Shown: positions 27,234 through 32,000 of the stretch, piece after piece
How positions within the stretch are numbered: position 1 is the stretch's first letter
Layout of the letters: every line of letters starts with the position of its first letter
Assembly: GCF_000011325.1 (NCBI RefSeq)
Contig: NC_003450.3
Coordinates: 330,001-362,000, forward strand
Direction of reading: 5' to 3'
Length of the DNA: 32,000 nucleotides
Origin: Corynebacterium glutamicum ATCC 13032
GTDB taxonomy: Bacteria > Actinomycetota > Actinomycetes > Mycobacteriales > Mycobacteriaceae
Translations under genes and position numbers: made by a program
The notes under the pieces: model-generated
The model's database searches: none
What the model was told of the DNA's origin: nothing
What the model saw: the letters and a program-made list of their open reading frames with translations, nothing else

Positions 27234-29240
27234 TTAAATGCTACCCTGCTGATCCAAAGTCTTCTCGATCCAGGTGTAGATCAGCGATTCCACAAACGCG
27301 GTCTGCTTGTTATCCGCCGCGCCGGCATGGCCGCCCTCGGTGTTTTCGTAGTAATCCACGGCCTGGCCCGCATCAAGCAAAGCTTGAGCAAAAAGGCGCG
27401 CGTGCGCGGGGTGGACGCGGTCGTCCCGGGTTGAGGTCGTCACCAATGCGGGTGGATAAATTCGCTTCTCGACGCCCACCACCGCCTGCACCGGCGAGTA
27501 CTGCTCAATCACCGCCCGTTCCTCCGGATCGTCAGGGTTGCCGTACTCCGCCATCCACGAAGCACCCGCTGACCAGGTGTGATAGCGCAACATATCAGCC
27601 AACGGCACCTGCACAACTGCCGCACCGAATGCTTCTGGGTACTGAGTTAACGCGCCACTTGTCAGCAAACCACCGTTGGATCCGCCACGAATCGCAATCT
27701 GCTCCGGCGTTGCGTAGCCGCGCTCCACAAGGTCGGCGAGCACCGCGCGGTGATCCTCCCACACCTTCATGCGGTTCAGCTTGGTTGCCTGCGAATGCCA
27801 TTCCGGACCGAATTCACCGCCACCACGCAGGTTGGCTTCCACAAAGTAGTAGCCCTTTTCCAACCATGCGATGCCGCGGGTCGGGGAGTGGCTTGGGGTA
27901 AGGGAAACCTCGAAGCCGCCGTAGGCGTGGACCAGGGTGTTTTGTGGTTCCTCCTCGAAGGCTCCTGTAATAAAGTACGGAATCTTCGTTCCATCCGCCG
28001 AGGTTGCCCAATGCTGACGAGTCTCCTGACCAGCATTTTCAAACTGCAACGGCGCCTTCTTCACAGCCTCAAGCGCACCAGGCAGCTCCGCACGCAGCAA
28101 CGTTGGCGCTTCGGTGAAACTCGCTGCCTGCACCCAAATTTCATCGCCATCCAACGGGGAGGTAGCAACCACATGCGCGGTGACATGCTCTGGGAGGTCA
28201 ATGTGTTCATGCTCCGTTGTCGGATCATTGAGCGGCACTGTGACGATTTCTGTGGAGACATTATTAAGGAGCGTTAAAACCAGGAAATTCTTTGTCGTGG
28301 CCAATCCCTGCAGCGACGTCGACTCAGTAGGCGTAAACACAGGCTGAAAATCGCGCCCGCCCTCAAGGAACTCCTTTAACAGCAGCACTCCCAAGCCACC
28401 TGCTGGAATCCCAGCGAAATCCGTCCGAGGACTCACAAAAATCCACTGCTTCTTCACAATGACATCGCAATCGGTCGGCACATCAAGCTTGACCAGGCCA
28501 CCCTCGGTTTCCAGCGACGTCTCCGAATTATAGAAATCCAACGACCTTGACACAAACGTCCGCTCAAAACCAGGTGTTGAATCCCGCCACGCATGAGTCG
28601 CCACATCCTGACGCGACCCCTCAAAGAACAACTCCGCCTGCTCAAGCGGAGTCCCACGCTTCCACGTGAGCACCCGCGCCGGGTACCCAGAATCCGTCAG
28701 TGACCCCTCGCCGGTATCCGTGCCCACCAGCAACGTATCCAGATCAACCCACGTGACATCGGACTTCGCCTCCTCCAATTCAAACGGCGAATCATCCACG
28801 AAAGCAGCCGTGGCCAGATCAAACTCCCTAATCACCGTCGCATCAGCCCCGCCCCGCGAGAACTTCACCAACGCCCGATCAAACTCCGGCGAGCGCACAA
28901 CCGCGCCCTTCCATACCCAGTTTTCGCCCTCATCCTCCGCCAACGCATCCACATCAATGAGCACGTCCCACTCCGGCTGGTCACTTTCATACGACTCCAA
29001 CGTGGTCGTGCGCCACACTCCACGCGGATGCTGCGCGTCCCGCCAAAAGTTGTACAGCTTCTCACCGCGCCGGCTCACGTAGGCAATGCGATCATCGGTG
29101 TCCAACGCAGCCAGCAGCCTGGCTTCCAGGGCGTCCTTGGCTGGGCTTTTTAGCTTTTCGACGCTTTCCCCCGACCATTTTTCCGCCCACGCGAGCGCTT
29201 CCGGGGTGTCAATGTCTTCGAGGAACGTGTAATCAGTCAT
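27234..29240 (-). CDS. S9A prolyl oligopeptidase-family serine peptidase
   Basis: Catalytic GGSNGGLL nucleophile elbow, C-terminal RDDRVHP and GGHAG motifs, and a long beta-propeller N-domain. ATG 29240 (MTDYTFLEDIDTPEALAWAEKW) is preferred over the listed start 29354. The stop is 5 nt before the M1 peptidase start. Confidence 0.9.
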   Translation of the reverse strand: MTDYTFLEDIDTPEALAWAEKWSGESVEKLKSPAKDALEARLLAALDTDDRIAYVSRRGEKLYNFWRDAQHPRGVWRTTTLESYESDQPEWDVLIDVDALAEDEGENWVWKGAVVRSPEFDRALVKFSRGGADATVIREFDLATAAFVDDSPFELEEAKSDVTWVDLDTLLVGTDTGEGSLTDSGYPARVLTWKRGTPLEQAELFFEGSRQDVATHAWRDSTPGFERTFVSRSLDFYNSETSLETEGGLVKLDVPTDCDVIVKKQWIFVSPRTDFAGIPAGGLGVLLLKEFLEGGRDFQPVFTPTESTSLQGLATTKNFLVLTLLNNVSTEIVTVPLNDPTTEHEHIDLPEHVTAHVVATSPLDGDEIWVQAASFTEAPTLLRAELPGALEAVKKAPLQFENAGQETRQHWATSADGTKIPYFITGAFEEEPQNTLVHAYGGFEVSLTPSHSPTRGIAWLEKGYYFVEANLRGGGEFGPEWHSQATKLNRMKVWEDHRAVLADLVERGYATPEQIAIRGGSNGGLLTSGALTQYPEAFGAAVVQVPLADMLRYHTWSAGASWMAEYGNPDDPEERAVIEQYSPVQAVVGVEKRIYPPALVTTSTRDDRVHPAHARLFAQALLDAGQAVDYYENTEGGHAGAADNKQTAFVESLIYTWIEKTLDQQGSI

Positions 29241-29650
29241 GAAGTTCAGGTTAGTGATCTTTTGACCGGCAGGTTTTTTAAGGCGGCTTCCGAGGGCGCC
29301 TCCAATTGGATCAGCCGACGTAAACGTGAACCGAGTAGTACCGGCCGTTTTCAAAATCTACGCGCACTCCGATTTCCCCGGTGTCTTTTTCATCATACGG
29401 GTTTGGCCCTGAATTGTAACGCCAGCAGAATAAGGAATGTAGATTCGGCTGGTCACAAGTCTGCAATGAAGAGCCCCTAAAGGAGCGCTCCCCGCATCGC
29501 GGGATGGACTCTTCTGTGTCGGTGGTTTTGTGTACCCGATTTCTTATACTTTGGGCAGTTAATTGTTTTGATGAATGCGGTGCCCCAAGTAGAGCGATAG
29601 TCTCTTTGCAAGCCAGACTCTACGGATAGGCAGCTTAAAATTACATATGA

Positions 29651-29677
29651 GGCGGTGAGTTTACTCAACTCACCGCC
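29651..29677 (-). terminator. Hairpin downstream of the Excalibur-domain gene
   Basis: Perfect 11-bp stem ggcggtgagtt/aactcaccgcc with a 5-nt loop. On the minus strand it is followed by tcatatgtaatttt, a weak T-run. On the plus strand it is followed by ttaaaagg. Confidence 0.45.
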
Positions 29678-29758
29678 TTAAAAGGCTTAGATCAAGGGAC
29701 TCATGACCTCCGAGGCCCTAAGAGTCTTAGCAACTCCCGAAGATCCCCAAAACCCAAA

Positions 29759-30307
29759 CTACCTAGGGCGTGATTCGCAGCCGATGCCGTCGCGGTCGCG
29801 GTCGAGGTGTGTGCCGTAGCCTGGATCGCTTTGGCGGATGGACCTTCCCAGGACGTTCCATACTTCGGTGCAGTTTTTGTAGGTGCGGTTGGTCTGTACT
29901 GGGGCTGGAGCAGGCGCGACAACCTGGGGAGCGACAACCTGGGGCGCGACTGCCTGAGGGGCAGGAGCGGGAGCAGGTGCTGGGGCAGGCGCCTGAGGTG
30001 CCAGTGCAGGGGGATTTGGAATGATTCCTGGGAGGGGATTTGGGATCATGCGCTGTTGTACTGCCCAGTGCACACCACTTGCGATAAGTCCGCCGACTGC
30101 AGCGATAGCTGCGATGCCGAAGATGATGTCCCGGTTGGAGATGTCAGAATCTTCGGAATCCTCTGAACTTCCTGAGCTTGTGCCGCTGCTCAGCTCAGAT
30201 GACACGGAGGCGTCAGTGTCTGTGTCCACGGTTTGCGCCTGCACTGGTGAGATGGCGGAAAAGGCGATCGCGGTGGTCGCGAGCATGGTGATGAGGGTTT
30301 TACGCAT
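29759..30307 (-). CDS. Secreted/membrane protein with Ala-Pro repeat linker and C-terminal Excalibur calcium-binding domain
   Basis: Signal peptide MRKTLITMLATTAIAFSAISPVQA, S/E/D-rich segment, one TM segment, APAPAPAPAPAPQAVAPQVVAPQVVAPAPAP, then YKNCTEVW...DRDRDGIGCE (Excalibur DxDxDGxxCE). Alternative starts at 30316 and 30334. Confidence 0.75.
   Translation of the reverse strand: MRKTLITMLATTAIAFSAISPVQAQTVDTDTDASVSSELSSGTSSGSSEDSEDSDISNRDIIFGIAAIAAVGGLIASGVHWAVQQRMIPNPLPGIIPNPPALAPQAPAPAPAPAPAPQAVAPQVVAPQVVAPAPAPVQTNRTYKNCTEVWNVLGRSIRQSDPGYGTHLDRDRDGIGCESRPR
29901..30003. repeat. Coding tandem repeats (15-bp unit x3 at 29916-29960, plus GCAGGNGC-type hexamer repeats)
   Basis: The units gcgacaacctgggga, gcgacaacctggggc and gcgactgcctgaggg are followed by gcaggagcgggagcaggtgctggggcaggcgcc. 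They encode the APQVV/AP repeats of the Excalibur protein. Confidence 0.8.
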
Positions 30308-30810
30308 GCCAATCATCTTTGCACGAGCTGTCAAAATTATTACTATTTTCTGTCAGCGCTCCCCTTTTTTTTGGGTGTATAGGAGATGCTATTTTCCGGG
30401 CATCTAGCGCGCAGGCACCCCGGTAAGCTACATGTCCGGTGCAAGCTTTTTGCTTATCGACGCCCCCTCAACCACAATCCACCCAGCCCCAATGCAACTT
30501 TATTTAGATACCAACCGCATTATATTTACCTCGCGGGGAGACGAAATTAGGTTGGGTTGGATGAAAACGATTTACACACAATGCCACCGGCTGTTCATTA
30601 TCTATGCAAGATGGAATTAATTTGAAAATCTTTAGGATGAAGTTGATTCGGAGTGTTTATAACTGGCTGGGATAGTGTCAGACCCCGGCAACTGTGACGT
30701 GGCCGATTGGTTACCAAACACTCTTGTTCAGAAGCTTCTGGGCTAAAAGAGAGTTGTGTAATGCCACTTTCACACATAGCCGGTGAGTGCTGTAAATGAT
30801 TACGGGGAAT

Positions 30811-31905
30811 TTAACTATTATGCTCTTTATCTTCCGTTTTTCTGGTGGTCAGAGCATCATCGGCAAGCGCAGAAAGGTGAAACAAACTGGTGAGGAGAGA
30901 ACCATAGATAGGCCACTTCTTTGAAGTTAATTGTTGATCCTCACTCATCTCACTTGAAAGTTTAGAGAGCCGGTCGCGGATAGGATCTATTTCCTGATTC
31001 GGATCTGCGAGCAAAGCTCCGGCATCGTGCATAAGGGATACCCACTGTTGCTGGAATACTGGATCCCAGTCGGAATCTATAATCGGGGTATCACGAAGAG
31101 TACGGGCAAGGTGGCGTAAATGAGCGATCCCTTCATCAATGCTGGTGAGGTTTGATTCATAACTTGTTTCCGTAGGCTGGGGGCGGCCCTCTTGGATGCG
31201 GATTTTACGAGGATTAACTCGACGGCTTTCGCGAGCGAACCGCACGGAGTGCCACGCTTTTTCTAGGTCATTGTTAATAGAATTAATTTCTTCCAGCCAC
31301 TCATCTGCATTGTCGATATTCCACTTTTCTGCAAGCTCATCGGCCATTTTTTGTAAAACCTCACCCATCCTCCGATCTAAGTTTCCTACCACCATGTTTG
31401 CCTCCTGGTCGCGTAAGGGAGGAAAGATGATGAGGTTGATGGCTATGGCAACAGCCACGCCGAGCAGGATCTCTAAAATACGGTCGTATAGAAGGGGTTG
31501 TTGATCATCAAACCCGGAGGCAAGAAGAAAAATGGATGTAGTAGCAATACCTATTCCTTCCGCGCGGAGCTTTGGTACTCGTGCACCTATTAATCCTATG
31601 ACCATTGCAAGGCCAAAAGTCCACACACTGACGTCTAAGTAAGTGCCTATGACAAAGGAAAGTCCAACTCCGATGACAGAAGCAATTGCAGTCTGAATTC
31701 CACTGATAAAGGTGTGGTAGACGGTGAATTGCATCGTCATTAACGCTACCCAGGGAGCTAAAAAGGGTAGTTGGGAGTTAAGGAGGTTAACCGAAATCCA
31801 CCACGTGACTGTCGCAGCAAGTGCTGATTTAAAAACCTGCAGTGCATCTGATTGGACTGCGGGTGAGCGAATTTTTTCCATTAATGGGGTGGTTATTTCA
31901 GCCAC
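30811..31905 (-). CDS. FUSC / aromatic-acid-exporter-like membrane protein with cytoplasmic C-terminal helical domain
   Basis: The N-terminal half has about 5-6 TM segments with the layout typical of ArAE/FUSC proteins (ALAATVTWWISVNLL..., PFLAPWVALMTM). The C-terminal ~170 aa are hydrophilic and helical. The gene is AT-richer than its neighbours. Confidence 0.55.
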   Translation of the reverse strand: MAEITTPLMEKIRSPAVQSDALQVFKSALAATVTWWISVNLLNSQLPFLAPWVALMTMQFTVYHTFISGIQTAIASVIGVGLSFVIGTYLDVSVWTFGLAMVIGLIGARVPKLRAEGIGIATTSIFLLASGFDDQQPLLYDRILEILLGVAVAIAINLIIFPPLRDQEANMVVGNLDRRMGEVLQKMADELAEKWNIDNADEWLEEINSINNDLEKAWHSVRFARESRRVNPRKIRIQEGRPQPTETSYESNLTSIDEGIAHLRHLARTLRDTPIIDSDWDPVFQQQWVSLMHDAGALLADPNQEIDPIRDRLSKLSSEMSEDQQLTSKKWPIYGSLLTSLFHLSALADDALTTRKTEDKEHNS

Positions 31906-32000
31906 GAGTCTCTCTTCAACGGGGATGGTTTTACAGAAGCCTATCCGAGTTCCCGTCGAAAAGGCCGAGCCTAGTATGGCGAGGCAATAAAGATGGCAAA

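Overview
The window reads as actinobacterial chromosome. Gene content and order look like Corynebacterium glutamicum: ushA, fadH/adhE, adhC, and a nitroreductase-rmlB-rmlCD-rmlA operon. I recognise this from memory only and ran no search. Most of it is ordinary, densely packed housekeeping, cell-envelope and peptidase genes. I support 27 intact protein genes, two disrupted ones, no rRNA or tRNA, and several intrinsic terminators. Five things stand out. (1) An orphan type I-E-like mini CRISPR array (3 repeats, 2 spacers, exact 61-bp period) at 16602-16752 sits in an AT-rich islet between ushA and adhC, with no cas gene anywhere in the window. It lies directly upstream of, and co-oriented with, a small two-TM protein gene. 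(2) At the left edge, a Panacea/DUF4065 antitoxin-domain gene is followed 4 bp later by an unknown ORF broken by an in-frame TAA, possibly a decayed toxin partner. (3) A roughly 400-bp intergenic repeat element occurs at 9729-10125 and, inverted, at 22170-22590. Each copy has four alternating copies of a GGATCCACCA-like motif forming hairpins, plus a ~225-bp colinear tail. A related hairpin module lies at 2446-2545. (4) A protein with an unknown N-terminal half and a C-terminal RNase HI-like DEDD domain sits inside a glycosyltransferase locus (PpgS-like GT2, DUF2304 partner, GalE-like epimerase, second GT2). (5) A GH3 beta-glucosidase is frameshifted, and an MBL hydrolase is start/stop-coupled to the mycothiol-type formaldehyde dehydrogenase. 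All homology calls come from reading motifs by eye. No database search, GC calculation or RNA folding was run.
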